Assembly: GCF_021028975.2 (NCBI RefSeq)
Contig: NC_059426.1
Coordinates: 102,300,001-102,364,000, forward strand
DNA length: 64,000 nucleotides
Source: Sphaerodactylus townsendi
Lineage: Eukaryota
Direction: 5' to 3'
A program made the translations under genes and the position numbers. The notes beneath the pieces were generated by a model. The model was not told where the DNA came from. It worked only from the letters and a program-made list of their open reading frames with translations, and searched no databases. Of this stretch, positions 13,662 to 26,171 are shown piece by piece (position 1 is the stretch's first letter; every line of letters begins with the position of its first letter).

Positions 13662-14849
13662 CTACAAGAGGAAAGTTACGTTTAAAAAGAGAGGAGGGGA
13701 GGGGGGATTGACGCGGAACGAGGGAGTCCTCCCTAAAACATAATGTTCGGGGTAGGGTTGGATTGCTTAAGGGAGGCTCTGCCGCAGATTCAATTAGGAC
13801 ATTTCCTGTGTCAGTAAGCTTAACGCAACGCACGCTAGAAAATGTACAGTAAACTCTAACAATATAATCGCCTTGCAGATCTGCATTTCTAATGTTAGGT
13901 AACATATCTTCTCCAGCTCTCTGTTTGCAAACCTTCTTGATTTTCACATCACGATTGTGGGATGCTCCCTTCCCTTAGCACCATTGTAGAAAGATTCTTT
14001 AATTTTACGCCCCATTTCCTTCCTGTCATTCAGCAATGCACACTGGCTTTGGAGGGAAGGGGGAGAGAAAATCTGTCCTCCATACAGCCAGCGAGGTATA
14101 ACTCAACTCAGTAATATTGATTCTGATGTCTCCAATAATTTTGACGATAGGAAAAGAAGTCTGCCAGAAGCGTCACTGGAGATACTCTTTAGTATAACAA
14201 ATACCGAATCGTGTCTTCCTACAGATCAGCCCTAAATGTGTACTTAATGTAAAGTGGTTTAAGTACGCTAAGAACTGCAGCCTTAGCAAGCTTGATCTCG
14301 ATTTATCCATTTTATTTAATTTAATCTAATTTCTTTACATTTTTATATCCTAATCCACCCAAATCTATTTGTGTAATAAACAGGGCTGCTGTTGCTATGG
14401 TACAGGTTCAGAACGGCTTGTAGAAATGCTTTTGCCGCGCTGCCAAAGGAAAAGAACCATTCAGTGCAGTTTCCTCTACACACGAGCTTTTCAGAGTCTA
14501 AAATCTGCAAAACCCACCTAAATAGTAAATGCTATTGATCAGAGAGTTCCCTCTGGCTTTGAAATACCTTCCTGCGCGGTTCCACTGGCTGTGATATCAC
14601 AGGGGAGCAACGTCTACAGCGGACTGTAGGCGTTCAGGACCCTGGATAGTTCCAATGCCTTTCATTCCCTCTCTTGTCGCCTTATGCCTAAACGAGTTCC
14701 TCTAATTAATTGCGGATATCTTCTATTTCAGCAGAAACTTGGGACAAGCCAATTTCATAACCAGTTACAGATAATCCCCCCCCCCCACACACACACATAT
14801 ATACACGTATGCGAACCTCCTGTAAAGAACAGAAAAGCAAAGCACTTAC

Positions 14850-14852
14850 CAT
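14850..14852 (-). CDS. SLC6A5: SLC6A5 (GlyT2) coding exon 1, start codon only
   Basis: Minus strand reads tttgat-ATG|GTAAGT, a start codon directly followed by a consensus donor. Splicing to exon 2 gives MDYTSQKQ..., matching the ATG-only first coding exon of mammalian SLC6A5 (MDCSAPK...). Confidence 0.85.
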
Positions 14853-15140
14853 ATCAAATAGCATCAGATGGAACCGCTAGAAGTAAAAACAGCAGTACAG
14901 GCAAAAAGGGTGGACTGGGTTTTGCCCAGGCAAGAGCAAAGCTTTCTATACCTCCGTTGGAAAGAGTGGGTTTGCGTCAGTGCATAGCAAGGTGCCCTTC
15001 GTATGACATTTTCTTGATAATACGAGTCTGATAAATCATTACCCTTGGATTCGGATTTTAAAGGGACAACAAGAAGCCAGAGCGCCGGCTAGCTGTCACT
15101 CAGGCAGCAGTTGGGATTGCGTGTTCTCAGTGACTCACTG
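14853..15140 (-). promoter_or_regulatory. Putative SLC6A5 5' UTR and core promoter
   Basis: Immediately upstream of the ATG exon. TATA-like TTTAAAA at 15062-15056 and an AP-1-type TGACTCA inside the palindrome CAGTGACTCACTG (15128-15140). The TSS cannot be determined from sequence. Confidence 0.5.
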
Positions 15141-17640
15141 TGGGGGGGGGGGGGACCTGCTTACTAAACCAAGCCCAGAGAGAGCAGAACTTTCTTGTTG
15201 GCAATTAGAAAAAGAACATGTGAGGAACACGTCCTATTGCACCGAAAGGATAACCACGAGGAAGAGAAATCTTCCCCTCCCCTCTTTTCCACTCCCCTCC
15301 CCTCCCTTACCGCAGCCACGCTTTATGCTCGTTTCCAGCATCAGCAAAGGACGCAACTGAATATTCCACCACGTCTTGCACTTTTTTTAAAAAAAAAGGG
15401 ATCCACGCCGTCACCACCTCCCCCGCTTTCCTACTTTTCACCTGCACACGACAGCATTTTGATCTACTGTTTCAAGAAGGGGGGAGGGGCCCCCTCAATT
15501 TCCCCGCTTCTGTAGCCTCAACATAACATAGAGGAAATAAAACCATAGTCAGTGAAAACTGTTGGTCTCTACCGAGGTCATCTTGTGAGCTTTTGAGTAG
15601 AGGGAGAAATCCTTTTTTTCTGCGCACCATATTGGAAGCCCTTTGAGCCTGTCCAGTTATAAAATGAAGACCAGCAGAAGGATCCTCCAGGCCTCACGTA
15701 CCTTGTTCCGTAATCGACAAGCTTGATTTTGCAATTCACTTGATGAGTTTAAACATTTGTCATCAAGCATGGTTGAATATAATATTTGCTCCAAGCAGAA
15801 ATCTTCCACAGCTGTTTAAGAGAAGGCACACCACAACTTTCCAGTAAATAACAAGCGCTCCTCCGTATTTCAGATATGTAAAGACTTCCCGAGGGAAGAG
15901 AAGAAACCAAAGAGAGACTGTAATTTATGAGGACTTCCCGGACATGGCAGGGCTCAAACTGGCTAAGCACACCGATCAGGAAATGTCCCATTGAAAATAA
16001 CGCATAGTTTCAAGCAAATGATGATAGGTGTAAGATTTGATAAGGCACGTGGAAGACAAAGTGGGTTCTTAATATACAAACTCGGCACAATCCAGGGACG
16101 GTTGATCACTTTTAAGAATTTCAAAGGGGAAACAGCCAAGCTCCCATTAAGGTTAAGTTGCCTTCCAAGCAATTGATTCTGGCAGAATCGTGTCTATTTA
16201 AGTGTTATTCCACTTTTGAATACTACGTGTACAAATCTACAAATTGCTCACCCGTCCATTAGATAGACAGAGTGTTTCCTGTTTCATTCAGTGCCCTTCA
16301 GATGTCCAGCATGGATTCCTACTGAAGACATCAGCACATTTCCAGCAATGTCTGTTGGAATTTGTTCTCCTTAACAGGCACTTCTCATGAGAGCTCGATA
16401 GTAGCTTCACAGTTGGAATTGCACCCACTATCAAGACAATAGTGGGATATCGAACTATGAGGCATAGTTTCTTTTGGCATAGGTCGATTTATAATCACAA
16501 AGTGATAAATTCCTGAACTTTAATTAGAAGAGGGCTTCAAGCATTTCCTGTCAGTAGATATTTCCTGCCAGTAGATAAGCATTTCTTTCCAGCAGATATT
16601 TATTTATTACTTCATTTACACATTACTTCAATTGCCTGTAGAGACTTAAAGAGGTTTAGAACATTCCTCTGTTTTATCTTCACAACAACCTTGTGAGGTA
16701 GATTAAACTGTGTGACTACCCCAAGGTCAGCCAACAAGCTTCTGTGGCAAAGCAGATGGCAGAGTTACCCCCTTCTGTGACCACTGAAGTTAGTGGGTTT
16801 AGAAAGTAATAAATCTTGTAAAGTAGGATATTCTCCAGCACTTAAAAATAAACAAACTTTCAAAGAAAAATGAATTAAAATATAGCGCGAATATACATCA
16901 GTAGTACTGTCCACAGTCTCTTTACCCTTATAAACGGCTCTTCCTTAATATAGTCCTATTCCATTTATAAAAATGAATCGTTCTATTTTACATAGTTGTT
17001 GAAGGGCAGAAGCGTGTGAGACTTCCTGAACTACTCAGGCAGGCTATTCCACAGAGTGGGGGCCACAGCAGAGAATGCTCTGCTTTTGAATCTTGCTGCA
17101 TGGGACAGTGCAGCTAAAACTGATAGCAACAGTACCGCCCCTGAGTCTGTTGAGTCAACGGGTTTAGAGGGGCGTAACTCTGCTTAAGACAGCGCTGTTC
17201 TGCCACTGAAATTAGGGTAATTTAAAAGTGGAAGCGGCTTCAATCCTAAACACGCTTACTGCTTATGTATAGCCGTATGCTGCACTGATATTTATTCGAG
17301 CAGGGCAGAGCAGGGCTGTCCTTTCACTTTCACCAGGGTTTCAGCTCCCAAGATGTCACTTGTCTTTCTCCCCCGCCCCGCCCAACCCCAATCCTCTGTT
17401 ACAGTAATGCCTTGATGTAGAAAGACCCCACTGAAAAAGACAAGCTATCAACCCGAAATGACTCGTCGTCTGTGGGGAAGACATGTGAGGGAGAACAGGC
17501 TTGGGTTTGCAGTCTGGCAGTCCTGTCCTAACCAAAGTTACACCTTTCTAAGACCATTGACGTCAGACAATTTACAAAAATGTAACTCGCTTTGTATGAG
17601 TAAAGGGCCGTCAAGTCACCGCATTTTTGTGGAAACTCAG

Positions 17641-17800
17641 TAGGGTTTTCAAGGCAACAGATTAACAGAGGTGCTTGGCCACGGCCTTCCTCTGCATATT
17701 GACACTGCTATTTCTTGATGGTGGCCCATTCAAGTACTTGCCGGGGTCGACCCTGCTTAGCTTTTGAGTCCGGACTAAATCAGGTCAGCCTGGGCTGTGT
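17641..17800 (-). mobile_element. 5S rRNA-headed Sauria-type SINE
   Basis: Reverse strand contains AAGCTAAGCAGGGTCGACCCCGGCAAGTACTTGAATGGG (5S-like) and a TGCCTTGAAAACCCTA tail. Confidence 0.7.
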
Positions 17801-18279
17801 ACGTGTTTCGTATTAGGACGGCAGATGCCGGGGAATATAAATCCCTCCACAATGGTCAAAAGTAGCGTTTGTAGAATTCTGCCCATTTCCCTTTCGTGAC
17901 AAATATGCCAGTAAGAATTTTGGGTAGCACAATTGACTAAAACGTTTTACGGTTTCCGTACTACCCGAGTGCCGAAGTCCGGTTGATTTCTTGAACTTTC
18001 CTGAAAGTTAACCAGAGTACCAAATAAAGTTAAGGTTCTTCAGCAAGGAGCGGGAAGGAACTTTTGATCTCCCCCGCTGCCAAAGGGAAATGTGTCATTT
18101 TTATGGCGGCTGTGTCCTTATTTTAGAAATCTCTGCGTCACTCGCCAAAGCAAGAGCTGCGCTTTCTCTCGTAAAGAACTATCAGCCTGCCTGGTCGGTT
18201 TCCCATAAAAACCGTCGCAAGGCAGGATTGTAACGTATGATAAATGTGGATGGAAAGACGTGGCAATGTGTATTTAAAA

Positions 18280-19250
18280 ACGGTCCGGCCTCCCGCCCCT
18301 GCAGGCCGTCTGATCAGGCAGGACCTGCATTTGCATCCAGTGGAATGGGCAGGGGACAGCTTTTCTCCTGGACCAGGGACAAGTGAACGTTAGGAGGGAG
18401 CCGTCCTCCCCACTCCCACCCCCATCCCGCACCTACATGCGTCAGATTTATTAAAGTGGCCCTCCGGCTACAGTCCAGCTATACTCTTTTCACTTGAGCC
18501 CATCTTCCGCAGAGAGCCAGCTTTGGTCCGGGCTTTAAAAGGAAAAGAAAGCGACGGAAAGAGCCCTCCCCCGCTGCCCTCGCCCTCTGTCGTCGGCTCT
18601 ACCCCTCCCCTTTTTATTCAAACCTCCTTCCTTTTGAGGGCAACGAGGGCGGGCAAGTGCCGGGCCGGGACAGGGGGTGGGCTCCGGGCTTCAGAGCAAA
18701 AGGCGCCGCAAGGAAGCGCCGCGCCGCGCAGTGCTGTGGGCCAGGCCAGGCGTGCGCCCAGCTGCCGGCTCCGGAGGAGCTCCCGGCTTCTTTGCGCGGC
18801 TGCTCTGGCCGGCTTCTCCCTGGCTCGGGCGAGGAGGGGCTCTCCGCAGCGGGACCGCCGGCTCTGCAGCACCAGCACCAGCATCAGGAAGAGGAGGAGG
18901 AGGAAGATCGGGCGCACCGGGGTGACTCAGAACACTGCGGAGAACAAGCCGGGCGCGGGAGAAGCGTGGAGCGCAGAGAGTCGGTCCCGGCTCGTAAATG
19001 ACACCCCTGAGCTCCTTTTGACGGATCGAGGCGTTGCTGGCTGCACGACCCCGGCGGAGGGGGCGGGAACCGGGAGGAGAGAGAAGCGCCCGTGGAAATG
19101 GCTTGAAGACTGCGCCAGATGCCGGGACTCGGCCTTTCCTGGAAGTCCTCACCTGTGACCCTCCCTCTCTTAGCACAGCAGCCTTTACACACGGGAAAAC
19201 GGAAGCGAACTGCTCTGCCCAGGCTCATTGGCACACGAAACCCCGGGGGT
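18280..19250. promoter_or_regulatory. CpG island ~3.5-4.4 kb upstream of the SLC6A5 start codon
   Basis: Very GC- and CpG-rich. Octamer ATTTGCAT at 18329-18336 and TGACTCA near 18923. Confidence 0.75.
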
Positions 19251-19829
19251 TAAGTATTCATCTCCACCTATTATCACCCTTGAGAGTGGGGCAGTGTTCC
19301 TTTCACAGCACTCCGTTATCTTGGCCAACTTGAAATAGCCTGGCTAGGAGAGACCACCTGCCCTCCTGCCGCTGGTAAGAACTGCTGGCCTAAGAGATGC
19401 AAAATCCGAAGAAAGCAGCAGCATGAGAAGTGTGCCCTGCTGAACTCGGTTGAACTTTTTCGTGCTGGGAACCAAATCTTATCCTCACCCCCCAGGTTAC
19501 CTCAGCAGTTCTGCATCAATAGCTGCTGGTCTTTCTCCCTTCCTTTTCTAAAAACCGGAGCCCGAGAAGTTCAGAAGCAGCAACTGCCAACTGGTAGAGA
19601 AATCTGGCCCTTCCAGCAAAAAGGACAGCAGTGGCTGAGCTGCTTTCGTGACTCCCCTGTCTGCAGTACAAACAGAAACACGGTGTGGAAAGGGTCGGAT
19701 GGATCCTCCAGAGAATGTAACAGGCATTGGAAGCTGAATGGCTCTCAAAGCTGGTGCAGGACATTGCTGTGCCTTGGTTTCAGGATCAACATTTGAGCCC
19801 CATGAATAGTCCATGATCCTGTCTAGATA

Positions 19830-19985
19830 GCACAGGCTAGCCAGATCTTCTCAAATCTTAGAACCTAAGCAGGGACAGCCCTAGTCAGTATTTGGATGAG
19901 AGTTCACCAAGAGACACCAGGATGAAGACTTGAAAGCAGGCAATGGAAGGTCACCTCAGAATGTCTCTTGCCTTGAAAACCCCAT
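19830..19985 (+). mobile_element. 5S rRNA-headed Sauria-type SINE, interrupted by a tRNA-derived SINE
   Basis: CTAAGCAGGGACAGCCCTAGTCAGTATTTGGATG (5S-like), then GCAGGCAATGG...TCTCTTGCCTTGAAAACCCC. The tail appears to resume at ~20215 (GTGACTTGA). Confidence 0.7.
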
Positions 19986-19987
19986 AA

Positions 19988-20200
19988 AGAGCTGAGTTTT
20001 ATACCCCGTTTTTATCTAGTGTAAAGAGTCTCAAGGTGGCTTGCAATTGTATTCCCATCCCCCCCCCCCCCACACAGGCACCTTGAGAGGTAGGTGAGGC
20101 TGAGAGTTCTTAGAGAATTGTGACTGGCCCAGGCTTCATGTGGAGGAATCAGCCCTGGTTCTCCGGATTAAGAGTCCGTCACTCTGAACCATTACACAAT
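19988..20200 (-). mobile_element. tRNA-derived squamate SINE
   Basis: Motifs shared with copies at ~16610-16760, 25795-25910, 31880-32070, 48250-48405 and 55390-55600, including CCYTGTGAGGTAG..GGCTGAGAG and the A-box complement AACCAYTACAC. Confidence 0.65.
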
Positions 20201-22039
20201 CCTGGTAGACATGTAAGATGTGACTTGATATCACCACCCCCACCCCCCAATGTATGTGAGTTTTGTGTTTGACTTGGTCAGAAACTTGGATAGAAGATAT
20301 TCATGGAGTGGGGGAGTATGAAAGAGAAAGGCATAAGTATGATTAATATTTTTAGAACAATTCTCCAACCAGGGACATAAAATTTGTCATCTCATCTCAA
20401 TCCATACTCCTCTAACTTTCTATAGACTGCCATGGCCTTCTGAAACATTTCTTCAAATGAGCAGAATAGCAGCAATTATCCAGTCTTCCTGCAATAGGGA
20501 GGAAATAGTATTCTGCTTAGATTTTACTTATACAAATGCTTAGGTATAGCTCAGCGATTGCAAGCCTGGATTCTCCACTGCACATTTTTGGCATCCTCAC
20601 CAAATTATAATTCCACTTTTACCATAATATGAAACATGGTTTTCTTTGGGGTAACCCATACAATTAAAGCAGTTTAAGTCTGCAATACAAATGCAGCCAA
20701 CTTGTGCTTTGAAACTCAAGCAAGTATCTTCGCACAACTCAGCCTGCATTCTCCCTAAGTTAGATCAAGTAAATCTGTTCTTCCTCACAACAGTTTAAAT
20801 AAGGCAGAGATCCCCTACATTAGTGTATCTATCGTACTACCTCCTTTTCCAGTGGTAGAAAGAAGGAGGACAGTCTTCTGATTCCTCTCTTTATGGAAAT
20901 CCCTATATGCTGTGCGGCTGTTGGTAGTCTCATGATTGCCAGAATAGCCTTCTGGGGACAATAGAAAAGCTGGCAGCCCACAGTATGTCAATCAGATAGT
21001 TGGTGCTATCAGATATTATAGGGGACAAGCTCGGTTGTAGGGGATGTCCTGCCCCAATGGATTAGGACAGATAATCTGATGGTAAAGCATCCATGATTCT
21101 GATTCAGCCCTGGAAAAGCCCATCTACCAGCAGCAGGGATTCAGTTACGGGCACCATGTGCACTGCAGTAATTTGCACGCATGGTTGCCCATCATCATCT
21201 TGTCTGTAAGTGAATCAGTGAGAGAGATAATGTGAGTATTTATTATGTGCCTTTCCTGAGCTCTTGATATGCACCTTTTTATTCCCAGTCTGTAGCAGTA
21301 TCTGCAGTCTCTTTAAAAAAGGAAACACGTCCTCCTGGAGTGATTCTCCACTCTCTGGTCTTCTGTTTGTGGTGATAATCGTTTCCCTACAGTGAAGCAG
21401 AACTGATTGTAAATCTGCATCTATCACTGCAGCAGCCATTCAGATTGAATTAACAAGTCACTACAGCCTTAATTACTTTGTCAAAGATGAGAAATAGTAA
21501 TTGATCTTGTCCTGGATCAGCTCATTTCTCCCCTCTTCTCTTCAGTATCCCACTCCACTCCACATCCTCACAGATAAGGAAGCAAATAAAAGCAGTGGCA
21601 GAGGAGGGGACCCAGATCCCTGAACACGGGGAGCTGGAAAAGAAGCTTCAAAATGTAAAACTGAACAAGAAGATGGAAGGGTTGGGAAATTGGAGATGTA
21701 TGGGAAAGAACTGACCAGCTGCTATGGGATACTGGGAGGAGGAAAATACACATGCCTATCCCTTTAGTCTATGATTTAGCTGACTTGCTTGCAAGATATT
21801 TTCACCACTGGCACAGTGAAGCAGTACATCTGCTTTCTGATTGTGGCACTCTATTCCGAATTGTATGAGGTTTCTAATAGATTTGTATATAAATGGACAT
21901 GTTTTGAGGAGAGGAAATAAAAAAAACTATGTAGTGCTTTGGTCCCTTCCGGATTTATTATTCACTGATAGAATAGATGAATTCATGCCATGAAGCGGGA
22001 AGTCCCAGCCTTTACTCATAGGAAATGTGCAACAGCCCC

Positions 22040-22560
22040 ATCACATATGTATCACCTCACCCTTGTTCCAGAGTGCATCACCCATACTGAACTTCCTCTG
22101 CCTGTTCACTCAATTTGTAGAGATGCTCCTGGAGCTTTTCACATAGTTCTTTTCAGCATCTTTAGTAATTTTGTGTTATCTGCAAACTGAGTCACCAGCT
22201 CTGTATCATTTATGAACAACCTAATTAGTACCAGCCCAATACCAACACTTGTGGGATCCAACTGCTTTAATTCCCTCCATTGTAAAAACTGTCCATTTAT
22301 TACTACTATCTGCTTCCTGTCATTTAACCAATTTTACTCCATAAGATTTATCCCATGACTGCTAGGCTTACTCAAGAGTCTTTGGTGAGGCATCTTGTCA
22401 AAACTTTTTGAGAGTCCAAGTATATAATGTCTACAGGGTCACCATTATCTACATATTTGTAGATAATGTTCTTATACAACTTCAAAAGGATGGTGAGGCA
22501 GGACTTACAGCCTTTCAGAAGCCATCTTGATTTCCTCTCAGTGGACTTTGTCTCCCGCTG
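22040..22560 (-). mobile_element. CR1 LINE reverse transcriptase fragment
   Basis: Translates to SCLT.LL..Y.....YVDNGDPVDIIYLD.QK(.FDK.PH after a frameshift), continuing to GVGIGAGT....FINDT and FADNTKL; typical decayed CR1 ORF2. Confidence 0.8.
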
Positions 22561-22591
22561 TGAAATGTTTATATTCCCAGTTTGCCTGGGA

Positions 22592-22737
22592 CCGTGGTGG
22601 CAAACCTTTGGCACTCCAGATGCTATGGACTACAATTCCCATCAGCCCCTACCAGCATGCCCAATTAGCTATGCTGGCAGGGGCTGATGGGAATTGTAGT
22701 CCATAACATCTGGAGTGCCAAAGGTTCGCCACCACGG
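22592..22737. mobile_element. 146-bp palindromic hAT MITE
   Basis: Near-perfect inverted arms CCGTGGTGGC...GCCACCACGG. 8-bp TSD GCCTGGGA (22584-22591) and GCCTAGGA (22738-22745). Confidence 0.9.
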
Positions 22738-25627
22738 GCCTAGGAGATTGACACAGCTGTGGCTTTCCTTTAAATGAAAGTAACTGAATAAATAGGAGGG
22801 ATTTCCATCCAGGAATGTAACTTTACCTTCTCCATCCTATTGCAGCCCAAAATACCCACCACAGGTTGCTTCTGTAGAACAGAGAACCCACAGGTACAGT
22901 GCGTATGGGAGGGGGAAATCTGCAGGAGATAAATTGGCAAAATGAATAAACAAAATGTGTCCATCTATGCGGCAATTCTCTACAGGAATCAAGCCATCTT
23001 TTAAATCTGGATCTTGCCAGTCCTAATGGGCCTTGAAATTATATTGTTTTAAAAATAGTTTGAGGTATGGACCGGTGGTCTGATTCAATACAAGGCAGGT
23101 GTGTGCACGTGTTTTTAAGATGGCAAACAACAGTGTAAGAACAACATTACTAATCCATTCGTTAGTTTCTGAAAAAAATAATTGTAATGGATGGAAAAGG
23201 CAAAACACTGTTACAGATTAGGAAAAACTATTATATATACAATTAAATTATTGAACGGATTTCTAGAGGGAAGGTAAAGGAACTGGTGTGGAGCAGGAAT
23301 TGAAGAGTATTAAGTCTGAAGACTTTGCTCTGGTATTGGCATCTCTTGTATCACTCATAAGTCAAATATTCTGTTTTGAAAGCTCTTTTTTAATGTTTGT
23401 TTGTTCCTATGCATGAGAATAGATGGTGATTCCAATAAGAAGAGTGACTCTGCTAGTTTCTACTTAAGCTTATACCCCAAAGCACCCAAAGGAAGGAAAT
23501 GAACAAAAAATAAAACAAAATAAAAAACCCCAAATGTATCAAACCCACTAGATTCAACAGAATGTATTTACTCTGTATGTTTTCACCAGCATTTCTGGAG
23601 GAATGTTGAATGCAAAATGTACTACTTTTCAGTAGTTTGCGGGAGGAGATGAAGTGCTATCAGAACATCATTTCTAGTTAACAACTTATTACAGAATTAA
23701 GTCATTTATTGACTGTTTCACACATTCAGCACTGAGAAAGAATGGAGAGCAGGAATGGCTGCATATACTGGTACAGCATCCATTGTTGTCATTCCACTTC
23801 CTCCCAGCTAACAAAAGAAGCAATGGACAGTTTGTTCTTTTAGGTCTGGAAAGATGAAGCAAAAGGCTCAAGTGTTCCAACTATTACACCAGCTCTCAAA
23901 TAAGCATTAAGATATGCCTTTGCATTATTTTTTTACTGCCAACCTTCAACTCCTTTGTTCTGAGTTGCTTTGAATAATGGAGGTACGCCATAATAGTCCT
24001 TGCGTGCGGATGTGTGGAGACTTGTTCCATTAATGAAACAACAACATATATTTGTTGGAAAAGAAGTCTGCCGCAGCACAATTTATTTAACATTTAACAA
24101 TAACCTTGAAGCTGGGCGAGCATAACAGAGCACATCCTGGCCCCCAGGCAGCGAACCGCTAAACCTGGTTATAGGGCAGCCCCAGCTGACCCCTTAGGCC
24201 CTTCGGACAGAACCCCTGTCCGGCACATCCCCCAAGGGAACTGGAACAGATGCTACATGAATGCAAACCCAATTTGTGACAACCCTTCCTGCCGGGCAGC
24301 GAGCTCTCAGTGCGGCCCCAAGGCTTGCCCTCAAGAGCTCTATCACCACCTCGGACCTCATATGGAGGCCCCCGATGTGGGAAGGTCCGGCATGCCAGCT
24401 ACTGCCTTCCCAAATAGGATGTGCTCTTATGCCCAAAACCGCCCAGTGAACTGCGACAAAGCATAACAGTAAAAACCAATAACCATACAACCAGGGAGGG
24501 AAGGGAGGGAAGGGAGGGAAGGGAGGGCCTTCTCTGAAGCCAGCCTTGAAAGAGGCCGATCACTGCCGGTGCAGCCCTTTATAGGCTGCCAGGCCCTCAT
24601 CACATGGCAGTTCCATGCCACATGACTGCCTTAGCCGGCCAGCAGGGACAAGGCATTGCACTCCTTCCTCCCCCGCCGCAACGGCGTCGCCAGGCTGAAG
24701 CCTGGGATGCGATTTATTAGGTTGAAAACAACCAGTGTAGCAATGCCAGGTGCTACTGTTTCCTGGTAGTGTTCTGGGCAAGGCCCAGGCCAGACACCCG
24801 CCATGATATCTGAATGACAACAAATGTCTATTATCCGAATGTCCATTATATGATTCCACAGTTGCCTCGTTCAACCATTAGGATGTGTTGGAGGGATGTG
24901 ATTCTTCACAAAATATCACATCTTTGCTTATCTAGGTGAATAATTTCAGGACTCATCTCAGCCAAAGCTACTTTAAACAAAACTCACTTGAATTATTGTA
25001 AGATGAAAAGAGGCACATGCACAGTCATCCTCCTCTGCTTGTATCTTTAAAATGACTGGCTTGTTTTACAGTTCCAATTATACAAAGGGAAATAAGACTA
25101 GTCCAAAGCAAGTCAAATGGATGCAATCAGTCATGCAAGACTGTTTCTTGGATTTCAGCAGCTCCTTTTACTGCAGAACAAAGCCATCAAGCATGTGCAG
25201 ATAAAACAGCCTTTGCGGAAGGTGATGCATCCCTTTGTCATCCCTTTGCTCTTCTTGAAATTTGGTATTCTTCTCATTTCTGCATGTTTATAAACGAAGC
25301 ATCAACTTGATTTTAATTCTTATATTGAGCAATAATGTCAAATGACCCCTGAAGTTTCATGAATCAACACTTACAATATTTTTAAAGTGATATCAAATTT
25401 TAATTTGTGATCACTTTCCCATACACACAGGGTTTTTCAATTTATTGCATGCTGAATGATAACACACCCAGGCACTTAAAAGCTGGGGCGGGGAGAGGGG
25501 GAATAGATGGGGATTAAATTAATTTTGAACTCCTGCTGCTCTATTCCAGTTTTTAATCTGAGTTTACATTAGGGCTTAAACAATCAGTTTCTGGTAGATT
25601 GGTAGAGTTGGTTTTTCTTTTGTACTA

Positions 25628-25675
25628 AATAACAACAACAACAACAACAACAACAATAATAATAAATAACAACAA
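25628..25675. repeat. Compound (AAC)n(AAT)n microsatellite
   Basis: Directly visible. Confidence 0.9.
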
Positions 25676-26171
25676 TTTCTTCATTTTTTAAAAAAAGTCT
25701 CTAGTAACTGGTCACCTCAGTTTTATTTTGTACATTTGGAAATGTCTGGATCTTATATTTTATATTTGATACCTTTTGGTCTATGACCGTAATAGAAGAA
25801 GAAGAGTTTGGATTTATACCCCCCCTTTCTCTCCTTGCCCTTCCCCCCTCACAACAAACACCCTGTGAGGTAGGTGGGGCTGAGAGAGCTTCGAGAAGCT
25901 GTGACTAGCGTATATTGATTGACGGATTGAACTCCTGCTGCTGTTGTTTTATTAGGGGTTTGATTTAAAATATGTTACTTTGAAGCATTTTTATATTTCT
26001 TTTGCTATTTAATATCTTTGGACTCAATTTGGGACTGAAAATTAGGATGAAATAGTTAACAATTATGCTTGCATACATTTGTGATAAGCTTTTACCTGCA
26101 TAAATAACAGCTCAAATACTGGGATGGAGGATTGGAAGTTTGAGTCAGCATGAATAAAACAGGACTGTTAA

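Noticed and set aside
18523-19333. Multiple overlapping ORFs up to 211 aa in the upstream CpG island
   Set aside because: Low-complexity Arg/Ala/Gly/Pro translations open in most frames, as expected from stop-codon scarcity in GC-rich DNA.
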